Shown here one piece after another: positions 10,888-20,677 of a stretch of DNA of 20,677 nt (its first letter is position 1; each line of letters opens with the position of its first letter). A model generated the notes under the pieces. The model saw only the letters and a program-made list of their open reading frames with translations, did not search any database and had not been told where the DNA came from. This DNA comes from Ginkgo biloba (lineage: Eukaryota > Plantae > Ginkgophyta). Both the position numbers and the translations under genes were made by a program. The stretch is taken from the NCBI GenBank assembly GCA_024626585.2, contig JANKJI020000004.1, positions 59,095,259 through 59,115,935 of the forward strand. Reading direction: 5' to 3'.

Positions 10888-11421
10888 NNNNNNNNNNNNN
10901 NNNNNNNNNNNNNNNNNNNNNNNNNNNNNNNNNNNNNNNNNNNNNNNNNNNNNNNNNNNNNNNNNNNNNNNNNNNNNNNNNNNNNNNNNNNNNNNNNNNN
11001 NNNNNNNNNNNNNNNNNNNNNNNNNNNNNNNNNNNNNNNNNNNNNNNNNNNNNNNNNNNNNNNNNNNNNNNNNNNNNNNNNNNNNNNNNNNNNNNNNNNN
11101 NNNNNNNNNNNNNNNNNNNNNNNNNNNNNNNNNNNNNNNNNNNNNNNNNNNNNNNNNNNNNNNNNNNNNNNNNNNNNNNNNNNNNNNNNNNNNNNNNNNN
11201 NNNNNNNNNNNNNNNNNNNNNNNNNNNNNNNNNNNNNNNNNNNNNNNNNNNNNNNNNNNNNNNNNNNNNNNNNNNNNNNNNNNNNNNNNNNNNNNNNNNN
11301 NNNNNNNNNNNNNNNNNNNNNNNNNNNNNNNNNNNNNNNNNNNNNNNNNNNNNNNNNNNNNNNNNNNNNNNNNNNNNNNNNNNNNNNNNNNNNNNNNNNN
11401 NNNNNNNNNNNNNNNNNNNNN

Positions 11422-14319
11422 GAATAAGGGATATAATGGTAGATATATCCACCATTATTAGGGTTGGATACCCTTAAGGTAAAATTTAATATGGACAATC
11501 ACCAAATTAAAGGTGGAGGTGGTGGAATATCTATGAGAAAAGTTATAAATCATACGAATTGATCACATTAAAATTGCATAGGTTCTCTTTATTCTGTCTT
11601 CCTCTTCCTTTAAAAAACTTTCCTTTCCTCAACTCATTAATCCATTATAACAACAAGATTTTTGGTCGTGCCCATGATGATTCATGTAAATTTAAGTAGA
11701 CATTAAAAACAAAATAAGTATATCTTTAAAGGCTTGAAAGTGATTGCACCAAACAAAGAAAAGAAGCTTGGAAAGATTAAAAATTCAAGAAATTAATGTA
11801 ATTTCATATGATTTTAAGATTAAGTTGATAGATGGAATAAAATTTATAATCCCATGTAAACATAATAGTATTATTTTTGGTGAATTACAAAGATTAGAAG
11901 TATCAATCAAAAGAAATTTGAGGAGGCTTATAAAAAAATTAATAAAAATATAAATAAGTATTGAAGTTCAAAATATTAAACAATATTTACTTGAAAAGCA
12001 TAGACCAAGTAAATATTCAATANNNNNNNNNNNNNNNNNNNNNNNNNNAGAATTAGCTAGAAGTTTTATGAGCAAGTTTTGCATGTAAGAAATCATGTAA
12101 AGGATCCAAATAATTTTCTAACAAAAGAAAACATATATTAGGATTCGCCAAAATTTTATAAATTCATAAAAATTATTAAGATGTATATAAAGAAAAAGAA
12201 ATCATGAAGGAATTAATTCTTAAGATAATAGCATTGTTGTGAAGATAGAAGTGATAATCCTATTGCAAATAGATAAGAATGACACTATGAACATACTATA
12301 AGGATCANNNNNNNNNNNNTGAAAGTTCTTAGTTGTTGACTTGTGTTGAATGTCAGGTAATCTTGTGCATGCATTAGTCTTAAGGAGTTATAAATAATCT
12401 GCATTAAGGGAGTTCAAAATTGTAGCGATATGGCAGAGACAATAATACAAAGAGATAAAATGTGGTTATAATTCAAAATAATACCTTTGAACTGTATACT
12501 AATTAGTTTAAGTATGGCTTCTTGTACATCAACACCTAGATAAATAAAGAAAATAATTATATTAGGAGGACCTATAACTACATTTGTATATTCTTCACTT
12601 GAATTACCTATGTTTGAAATATCCACAAATAGAGAAAGACATATATATGATTTTAAATGCATCTAGGATGTATGAGATGTTATATATGATAAATTATTTG
12701 TGGAATAAAATTGTTAAAACTCTGAGAGGAAAAGTAAGACACTAGTACTAAAAATACAATACTATTAATCATGGGAAAATCCAAAATATTATTGAGTTTT
12801 AATATAAAGAAGTGTATGCATACCTAGAGTCATCACACACAAAATCCAATGAGCTAAAGAATTTAAAATAAGAGAGGTATAAAAACATCTAATATTATGA
12901 TAGATAATTTAATACATTAATAGGAAATATTCCTTAATTCTTGAAGAACAAAAGACAAACTAGTTTGTAGTTGATCTAATGACTAATATAAGATCAAGTT
13001 AACTAATGAAATCACAAAGAGGATAAAATATCTCCAAGAAATAATGGAAAAGATAGCTAATAGAACTACANNNNNNNNNNNNNNNNNNNNNNNNNNNNNN
13101 NNNNNNNNNNNNNNNNNNNNNNNNNNNNNNNNNNNNNNNNNNNNNNNNNNNNNNNNNNNNNNNNNNNNNNNNNNNNNNNNNNNNNNNNNNNNNNNNNNNN
13201 NNNNNNNNNNNNNNNNNNNNNNNNNNNNNNNNNNNNNNNNNNNNNNNNNNNNNNNNNNNNNNNNNNNNNNNNNGAATAAGAAAAGGTATTATAACAAAGA
13301 TAGTGGTAGGTCAAGGATATTAAGTGCAAGCCCTATAAATAACCAAGAAGAATACTTCTAATGTTTACCTAATAATTAGAGCTAAACAAATAATTCAAAT
13401 AGGTAAATAGCGCTATAAAATAGAAGGTTGTGTATTGATTATTCAAAGAAATAGTTCAAGTAATAAAATTCAAAGATAGAGTGGTATATTTTAGGTTAAA
13501 AAATATATTTTAAAATATGGAGAGAAATGGGATGTCCTTAAGCATTACATTTAAAAATATTTATTACAATGATAGAATAACATTAGGATATATGAAAAGG
13601 AAAGATTAGAAAGATCAAATATCTTGTAGAAGCCTAGAGGTAGAACATGTTTTTAAAATAATTTATTACCTATGAAGAGTAATATCAATAAAGTTTTTTC
13701 TTAGTATACTACAAATCATAACCATGAAGAATATAATAGGTCTGAAAACATACCTAATGAAGTCCACACAAGGTAGGACATGATTGCATATACCTCTAGA
13801 TGAAAATATAGATACTTTAAAAATCGTTAAAGATGAGAAATATTCTTCAAAGGAAGAGTCTAAAGAAGATATAATGGAAATAAAGCAATAAATAGGTAAT
13901 CTCTAGAACTTTCAAGCAAAAGAAAGTTATGAGCCTCGTGAGAATAGAAACATAGTCTTTGAAAGTATAATATCATATATAGATAACTATATTGACCTAG
14001 TAATGGACTAAGAAAACAAGATGCATAAGATACATTATTTTGATAGCTATAGAATACTATCCATAGAACAAGATGAAGAGGATAGAATAATAGTTCAAGA
14101 ACATGATGAAGAGGTCAAAGAAAAGCTATTAGAAAATACCTTCCGAGTGAAGAGTTATCTAAAAAATCATCTCCAATGGCTTAAATACATTATAAAGGAT
14201 ATAAATGTAGACAACAAATTAAGATAATTTGAAATAATCCTATAAGGGTAAGCTTCAAGATGATACATAGATCATTTTGTATGTGGAAGACATGAATCAA
14301 AAGAAGTAGAAAAAAAAAT
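11422..14319 (+). mobile_element. Degenerate Ty3/gypsy retrotransposon 5' portion (possible LTR end, leader, gag)
   Basis: Gag core 12598-12934: LELPMFE..RERHIYDFKCI*DV*DV / NYLWNKIVKTLRGKVRH*Y...ELKNLK*ERYKNI*YYDR*FNTLIGNIP (Retrotrans_gag TLRGxAxxWY and LKQ...YxxRF motifs). Candidate ATG at 12430. Purine-rich decayed coding-like sequence continues to ~14300. The outer boundaries are inferred. Confidence 0.7.
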
Positions 14320-14345
14320 NNNNNNNNNNNNNNNNNNNNNNNNNN

Positions 14346-15876
14346 CTCTTACTTAATTAATTATGGGATAATTATAGTTAATATTTGTGCAAAGGCATAT
14401 TACCATTATTAACATTGCCTTTATTAGTCATTGACTAAAGATTATGAGGTTAGTAGGGTTAATGGAAATATTGTATGGAATATTCTCAAAGGATATACTA
14501 ATTGTAACCAAGGACTCTTATCATATAAAAGAGTCTTGGGTAAATTCTCACATACTTCTTCACACTTTGTATTCTTGATTGTATTCTTACACTTTGAAAT
14601 TAGAGAGAGCTTCTTATTTGTCCAAAGTCTTGGGAGTGGTTCTTGATTTGATTTATCTTAGAATCTTTAATTGATTATGATAGATCTTAGTAATAAAATC
14701 CCCATGAATGCATATAATATCATCTAAGATATTTTGTACATGATTTGACAAGTTTTTAGGACAAGTATAAGTCATTTTCGAGCTAAGTGTAGAAGGTGCA
14801 CATTCTTGGGATTAGTTGTTCATATTTTTTGCTGAGTTGTAGAGTGCACCTTATTTTTACACTGCACAAATACAATACTACATAAGTGCATGCTCTAGGT
14901 GTGTGCATTGACACAGTATTCACTATAACCGCACGCTTTTACATGATATTAGAAAATTTTCCATATAAAAAGCTATTTTGATCGTACAATTTGGTAGAGA
15001 GCTAAGTTTTCTAGTGTATCAAAGAGTATAAAGAGTGTATAACATATTACCCCATTGGATTTCAATAAAATTATTTTGCATAATTTGATAAATCTTCTAA
15101 TTATCAAGTGGGTGTATAATTTGGTATCAAATAAATGTTGTGACTTTGTTATTAATTAATTATCTTCTTCTCTTAGTGGTGTATTGGATGGCTTACTTTT
15201 AATAAGATGGATTTCTTCCATTAAGAGAATGGCTTGTTTATTGGCACATTAGTTGGCTTTCTTCCAGTAAGATGGATTTCCTATAATAAGATTGATAGAT
15301 ATCTTATTAGTGAGTTGAATAGATTATATTTGTAAGATAGATTTCTCATAATAAGTTAAGTGTTTATTTAGAATAACTTATCCATGGTAGTTATACACTT
15401 AGTGAGCGACTCTTTATTGCCAACTTTATGCATTTTTAATTTTTTTTTCTTTTTCTATATGGTATAGACTCTAAGTATATCAAGGAATGTAGGCCAAGGT
15501 TTAGTGACAAAGAAAAGCACAAAATAGAGGGAAAAAGTTCCAATAATTCCCTTTCAAATAAAAACCAATCAAGAAGAAGAGGAGAATGAGATTAGTGTAT
15601 ATGAGGGGTACATATAGGGTCCCCAAGACTTACATTTCGACATGATGTAGAAGGTAATGGGAAAGATAAGGAAGGATAAGAAAGAGAGTTAATAGACATT
15701 GGGAAGATTAAGTAACCTCTTACAGTAGATGAAAATACAACTTTCTATTTTGAGTGCATCAATGACAATAGTCTCTTCCTTGGTGCAACAACCAAATCCT
15801 CCTCCCCCTTATAATGTGGAATTTTCCTCATAGAATATCATACCTCCTTTTATAGGTTATTTATCAACATATGCAT
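14346..15876 (+). mobile_element. Probable LTR retrotransposon 5' end: LTR-like segment, tRNA-iMet PBS-like site, repeat-containing leader, decayed gag N-terminus
   Basis: There is a TATAAAAG near 14524 and a partial PBS TGGTATCA at 15122-15129, with a second PBS-like TGGTAGAGAGCTAAGTTT at 14992-15009. The frame from ATG 15459 reads MV*TLSISR...NQEEEENE...QQPNPPPPY with mostly TAG stops, resembling MVxTRS gag starts. No conserved gag core is seen before the gap. Confidence 0.4.
15203..15360. repeat. Degenerate 65-bp tandem repeat (about 2.5-3 units)
   Basis: TAAGATRGATTTC occurs at 15203, 15268 and 15333, an exact 65-bp period. Confidence 0.75.
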
Positions 15877-16645
15877 NNNNNNNNNNNNNNNNNNNNNNNN
15901 NNNNNNNNNNNNNNNNNNNNNNNNNNNNNNNNNNNNNNNNNNNNNNNNNNNNNNNNNNNNNNNNNNNNNNNNNNNNCACCAATCCACTTACTAATACAAA
16001 AGTGACATTAATTACATTATAATACATCACCCAACAACTGAAAGGCATAAAATTTGATTGTAAGATTAACAAAAAAGAATTAAGAAATGGATGCTTCAAA
16101 TATATAATCGATAAATATTTTATGAGAATATAAATTCATGAAAAATTTGGTAGAATCCAACATTTAAAATAGCTTAAAAATTAGAAAAAAGTTAAGTATG
16201 AAAAATAGAAATGGTAGAATTTTTAGTGTAAAATAAGGGGTAATTAGACAAGGGAAGCAATATGAGATTCAAAATTTGAGAATTTAGATTCTTGCAAATG
16301 TTTTAGAATGATATAATAGGTTAGTTTATTTGAAAACTTAAAAAATATGCCAAGGATTGACAATTAAACTAAATAATTCAAGAAGAAATTTTAAAACAAA
16401 GTGAAGGAACATCTGTCAAGAGGTTATGAAGAGTCAAAAAGTGATTTTATTATATCATTTGTATCCCATTTTACTTTTGTGAAAAGGAATTTTAGAGGTG
16501 ATTCTCTCAACTAGAGTGGTAATACTTAGTTATGTGAGAGGTTTTAGAGATACATCAGGGTAGTTGATGACATTATAGTATTACTGATAGGTCACTCTTT
16601 CCTAACATTTATTATTTTTACTTTATTTTTTAAAATGTAGGTTTT

Positions 16646-16835
16646 GTGGGCCCATCTTAAGAAAATGTATATCATCCAATTCAACCAATGAATTATGGTG
16701 ATTTTTCATGTATACATTCATGTGGGGCCCATGATCATTTTTGAGCAATTATTTTATGGGCAGGGGCAATAATTGCCTAAAAAATTGGGTCATCGGTAAT
16801 TGCCAACCACAGCCTCTACGCGCTGCTAATTAGCA
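16646..16835. promoter_or_regulatory. Cluster of TCP-type and HD-Zip-type motifs, possibly a transposon terminus or MITE remnant
   Basis: GTGGGCCCA at 16646-16654 and GTGGGGCCCA at 16722-16731 (GTGGGNCC class), CAATAATTG at 16767-16775, ACGCGC at 16818-16823, and palindrome TGCTAATTAGCA at 16824-16835. The motifs are present but function is unproven. Confidence 0.3.
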
Positions 16836-17024
16836 ATCTTTCATGCAATGACATCATAGAAAAGTATGACCTTAAGCAAAAACTACTAAATAGTGCACAG
16901 TTCAATGGAATCGTAGCACAATTATGTGCATTTTAGTACTATTTCCTAATTTAATGGTTTTATTCAAATTTTTAGAAAAAATTGAGAAGTTTATTATTTT
17001 TTTACCATATTTCTGACCCTATAG

Positions 17025-17232
17025 GAGTTATAGAGAGTGTTGAGTAGAGAGAATGATGGTCCCATTATGAGAGAGATGGTTAATCAATTAGGTCCTTGGG
17101 ATTTAGCTATATTGAGGAGGTGTAGGATTTGGAGGGTCTGTAAGACCTTATAGCTAAATTTTGATGAGTACTTGCTTTATGAGCTACTATAACACTAGAA
17201 TCTAGACCACCATATGTTCAGGCTCCCTGTGT
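17025..17232 (+). pseudogene. Plant Mobile Domain (PMD, aminotransferase-like; MAIN/MAIL1/PP7L-type) remnant, probably transposon-borne
   Basis: One frame: EL*RVLSRENDGPIMREMVNQLGPWDLAILRRCRIWRVCKTL*LNFDEYLLYELL*H*NLDHHMFRLPV. This matches the PMD N-terminal motif D..LL.AL.ERW.PETHTF.LP.GE. It is preceded by a T-rich tract ending TAG|G (17022-17025) and cut by the gap at 17233. Confidence 0.75.
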
Positions 17233-18211
17233 NNNNNNNNNNNNNNNNNNNNNNNNNNNNNNNNNNNNNNNNNNNNNNNNNNNNNNNNNNNNNNNNNNNN
17301 NNNNNNNNNNNNNNNNNNNNNNNNNNNNNNNNTACATAAAATGCATAAAGAGAAAGTGATAAGGGAATGATAGCTAATGTTCAAATGGACACACGACAAA
17401 GAATTTAAGGTTCACATGGTGATTTGTAAGTATGAAGAAGGATACTACAAGAGATAGATAAGTCTAATATTTATCCACTATACAATTAAAGTTTTTCCAA
17501 GTGTTGAAATATAACTCTAATAGAATAGTTATTAAAGAGGAATAATTTTCTTAATTACCCATTCAAATGATGTAACTGATAAAAAATTTATAGTAAGATG
17601 ATGAAAATAGTAGTAAGATAGAATTTTAATTAATTGAGAGTTTTAAGAAAAAGCTTCAAACCATTATAAACAATTTAGCCCAAGTTTAGAAAAGGTGAAG
17701 TAAATATGGAGAAGGTTGATGTACCCATTACTAAAGGATTGAAGGAAAACTTTCTATATGCATAATAATTAAATCAAATCTAAGGGGTAATCAATCATTT
17801 TGCACTATTATAGTGTTGAATAGACATGCACATTTATCTCCTTTATTTGGTCCAAATGCAAATATCACTGTGTAAAATCGTATTTAAAATCCCACTCTCT
17901 ATTGTGTTTATAATAACATCATTTAATATGATGCATTCGAGTGATGAAATCATGTATAAATGCACTAATACATGAAGACCATTTAAGATCAAAAATATAG
18001 ATTATGCAAAATTTATGTTTGCTCTGAAGAAGATTAAAATTATCAAATTCCTTTATGCACTCATACGGACTCTATACACACACCAAACCTTATTATCTTG
18101 CAAACACCCTCGCAATCCCTAGCAATGATATTTTCTCAAATCACTTCAAGATATATTCAAGTCCATAAGAAATAATATAAGAAACACATAAGAGAACTAA
18201 TGGACATTAGG

Positions 18212-18812
18212 AATTTGGACAACAAAGAAGAAGCTCTTTGAAATTACAAGTATGCAAAGTGTATAAGAATTACAAGATATATGTGTTGGCTCCTTTTATG
18301 TGGAACCATATACAAACATAATACCATAGTCCAAGAAATGNNNNNNNNNNNNNNNNNNNNNNNNNNNNNNNNNNNNNNNNNNNNNNNNNNNNNNNNNNNN
18401 NNNNNNNNNNNNNNNNNNNNNNNNNNNNNNNNNNNNNNNNCTTTATTTATTATACTATTGTGGGTTCCTCCTACACTACATGCTTTTCCTCAAATCCAAT
18501 TACTCATAAATAATATTTTATGGGTGTGCAAACTTCACACATAAACCATGAAATTAACCCAAAAATATTTAATTGGATTATAAAACACTTTTACATATCC
18601 CAATAAATAATATTTCACACTTTCAAGTTATCAAAGAAAAGGATCTAGAAAACTTACCAAGGAATCAATGGTAATTAGACAACAAAGACGAAGCTGTCTT
18701 AATTATAAGTGTACCAAAGAAAAATATATAAAAGTTGTAAAGTATATGTGTATGAATTCCTTTATGTAGAATCCATTTATAAATAAATTAAAATAGTCTA
18801 ATAAAGGAAATG
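18212..18812. repeat. Diverged direct repeat, at least 18212-18340 and 18673-18812
   Basis: GACAACAAAGA(A/C)GAAGCT, AATTA(C/T)AAGT, TATATGTGT, TTTATGT(G/A)GAA and ATAGTC occur in the same order about 460 bp apart. Confidence 0.7.
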
Positions 18813-18920
18813 TACCCATGTAATACATGCATATCTAATTCATCACAACTAAAAAAGAAAACACGCTTATGCAAACCATAATATTATAGAAGTGTATATG
18901 TAATCATGGATTGGTTTCTA

Positions 18921-19145
18921 TGTAAGGAATCCATGATTTCTAAATGCATCAAATTACCATAAGTGAGCGGAAATCAAATATAGAAGAAACATTATCACAA
19001 TAATAAATAATAAATATGAATAGTCCTCTAATAAGATTACTAAGAATAATCCTCTCTATGGACTATGTATGGTCATAGCCCCTAATTAGGCTAGAATCTA
19101 TGGGATCACATGTTATGCCCCCTTGTGGTGCTCACTAGCATATCA
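18921..19145 (-). repeat. Candidate 3' LTR of the minus-strand gypsy element
   Basis: On the minus strand a purine-rich GGGGAATGAAT (19156-19146) is followed by TGATA... (19145), and a candidate end ...ATTCCTTACA falls at 18921. There is no second LTR in the window to confirm this. Confidence 0.3.
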
Positions 19146-20677
19146 ATTCATTCCCCATGAATAAGAAATAGACCCTTTTTCTTGGTCCATAAGGTGTGGT
19201 ATCTCCTTCTTCAAATTATCTAAGTAACACACCTCTCCCAGTGCAAGTATTAAGCCTTCCTTCTAATAAGGAATAAATCTAATGTAGAATACCTCATCTT
19301 CTTTGCCTTATGGATATATTAAACTATCTATAAGTCTTTAAAATGGACTTTGTCTTCTTCCTAATTATACTCAAGATAAAATTTCAAGAATCTTATACTA
19401 ATTACTTAGTCTGTATACTATTGACTAAAATGGTAGACTTAGGAATATGAACTAATATTAGAATGAAAGTCTCTCCTCCCTTAATCAATTCATAAAGGGA
19501 ATCATGGCCTACATATAATTCATAAAGGGAATCCCAATCAACACACTGGTGTAATCCATTAATGCTATGTCATAGGTGATCTCATACACATATTATTTTC
19601 TTATATAAAACTTGAAGGTGCACTAGTGCATGACTCTATCGCTCTCCTCTATCATCTTGCCACAAATCTAATATGGATCTAGATGCTCCTATAAATCTAG
19701 TCTAAATTCTCTTACCAAAGAAATAGATACCAAGTTTTCCTAACTCTTATTATCTGAAATAATTGGAACCACTTTGTCCTTCACCTATAGTCTCAAAGTG
19801 AAGAGCTTATCTTAATATTTTCTCTCAATCCTAGTGCTGACTAAAGACATTAACAGATATAGCTCACATGAAGTGATAACCACTTTAAGTACTCTCCTCT
19901 TTTCTCCCTACCTCCTTTGATGAAGATAACTCAATGCCTTCTCTAGATGTAATTTAAAGAAATGCTCTTCATCGTGACCCTATTTACCATAACATCCATA
20001 TGTCTTCAACCTATTAAAAATTGTCTCCTTCCTAAAACCTATCTTCCTACTATTAGAACCTCTCTTCTTCCTATCTCTATTAGAATAATAAGTAGTAGAA
20101 GAAGTAGAAGTTAAAGAACTAGAAGAGGTAGAAGAGGCCTTTTACTTGGCCTTTCTCTAGAATCCCTATGAAGCCTTCTTCTTGGCACCAATATTTAAGG
20201 TAGATCTATATGCCTTTTAGATGGTATGCAATGGAAATAATTCAACCTCATGCCTTAACTAGTTCTATAATCCTCCAATGAACTTGAACATTTTTTTATT
20301 AACCAATTCCCTAATGTCTAACTTGATTTATAGATCTTAATACTCCTTATAAAATTCCTTTAAACTCTATCTTACTTTCCATCGAAGGAACTGCCACTTG
20401 ATATAAAGATCATCTTCATACCCAATATGATAAAATCTCTCCCTTAACTCCTTATTAAACTTAATCTAAGAATTTAATGGAGGTTATCCCCTTTGCTCTC
20501 ATGACCTGTAAAAAGACTCCCACCATAGTAGAACATTCCTCAATATCTTTTGCCTAATAAATGAGATTCACTACTTATTTAAATATGATTGGAAAGAAAA
20601 TAATCCTTTAAGGATTGTATCTACGTCTCTAAAGACTCAACATATATCCTCCCATCAAACACCTTGATGTCCACCTT
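19143..20677 (-). mobile_element. Degenerate Ty3/gypsy (chromovirus/CRM-like) gag - zinc knuckle - protease, runs off the window end
   Basis: Minus strand from 20677: KVDIKVFDGRIYVESLET*IQSLKDYF / ...NVLLWWESF...FNKELRERFYHIGYEDDLYIKWQFLR...KFIGGL*N*LRHEVELF. Knuckle 19941-20000: YGCYGK*GHDEEHFFKLHLE. Protease: LFTLRL*VKDKVVPIISDNKS*ENLVS (D at 19752-19754)...CTFKF...EITYDIALMDYTSVLIGIPF. Confidence 0.9.

Noticed and set aside
10814-11498. Long ORF-track entries of 195-213 aa (and similar at 1317, 2687, 13044, 13066, 15857, 17202, 18281)
   Set aside because: They are open only because they run through N gaps. Only the RVCVEVDLSK end of 10814..11455 is meaningful (LINE ORF1).
12430-12720. Endogenous caulimovirid coat or movement protein
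   Set aside because: The continuation gives clear Retrotrans_gag motifs (TLRGKVRH*Y, ELKNLK*, YDR*F), and no movement-protein or viral RT motifs were seen.
15977-16600. Possible LINE ORF2 C-terminal remnant (IW*NPTF)
   Set aside because: A single weak motif with no supporting RT or zinc-binding residues.
17800-18180. Possible hAT dimerisation or NB-ARC fragment on the minus strand
   Set aside because: Manual translation yielded none of the diagnostic motifs.

Overview
AT-rich, CpG-depleted eukaryotic DNA from a fragmented assembly. It has 17 N-gaps, eight of them exactly 100 N (probably unknown-size placeholders). The sequence is almost certainly land-plant heterochromatin, and the retroelement types suggest a gymnosperm-like lineage (inference). 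I find no intact protein-coding gene, RNA gene or CRISPR array, and the supplied ORFs are gap artefacts, antisense shadows or fragments. Manual translation through stops shows a graveyard of decayed mobile elements. (1) A Tat-type Ty3/gypsy remnant with gag, zinc knuckle, protease and an archaeal-type RNase H directly after the protease (~6000-8057, +). (2) A LINE ORF1 remnant (~10390-10887, -) and a possible LINE endonuclease remnant (~1438-1690, +). (3) A second gypsy gag (~11422-14319, +). (4) A probable LTR/PBS/5'UTR/gag start (~14346-15876, +). (5) A Plant Mobile Domain (PMD, MAIN/MAIL1-type) remnant (17025-17232, +). (6) A gypsy gag-protease element that appears to lack RT/RH/IN (~18921-20677, -). 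Several diverged tandem duplications, a higher-order repeat with six conserved cores, and palindromes lie between them. I cannot support a new functional system. The most interesting items are the PMD remnant, the PR-aRH domain order, the higher-order repeat and the apparent non-autonomous element. All protein assignments come from motif recognition by eye, not database searches.
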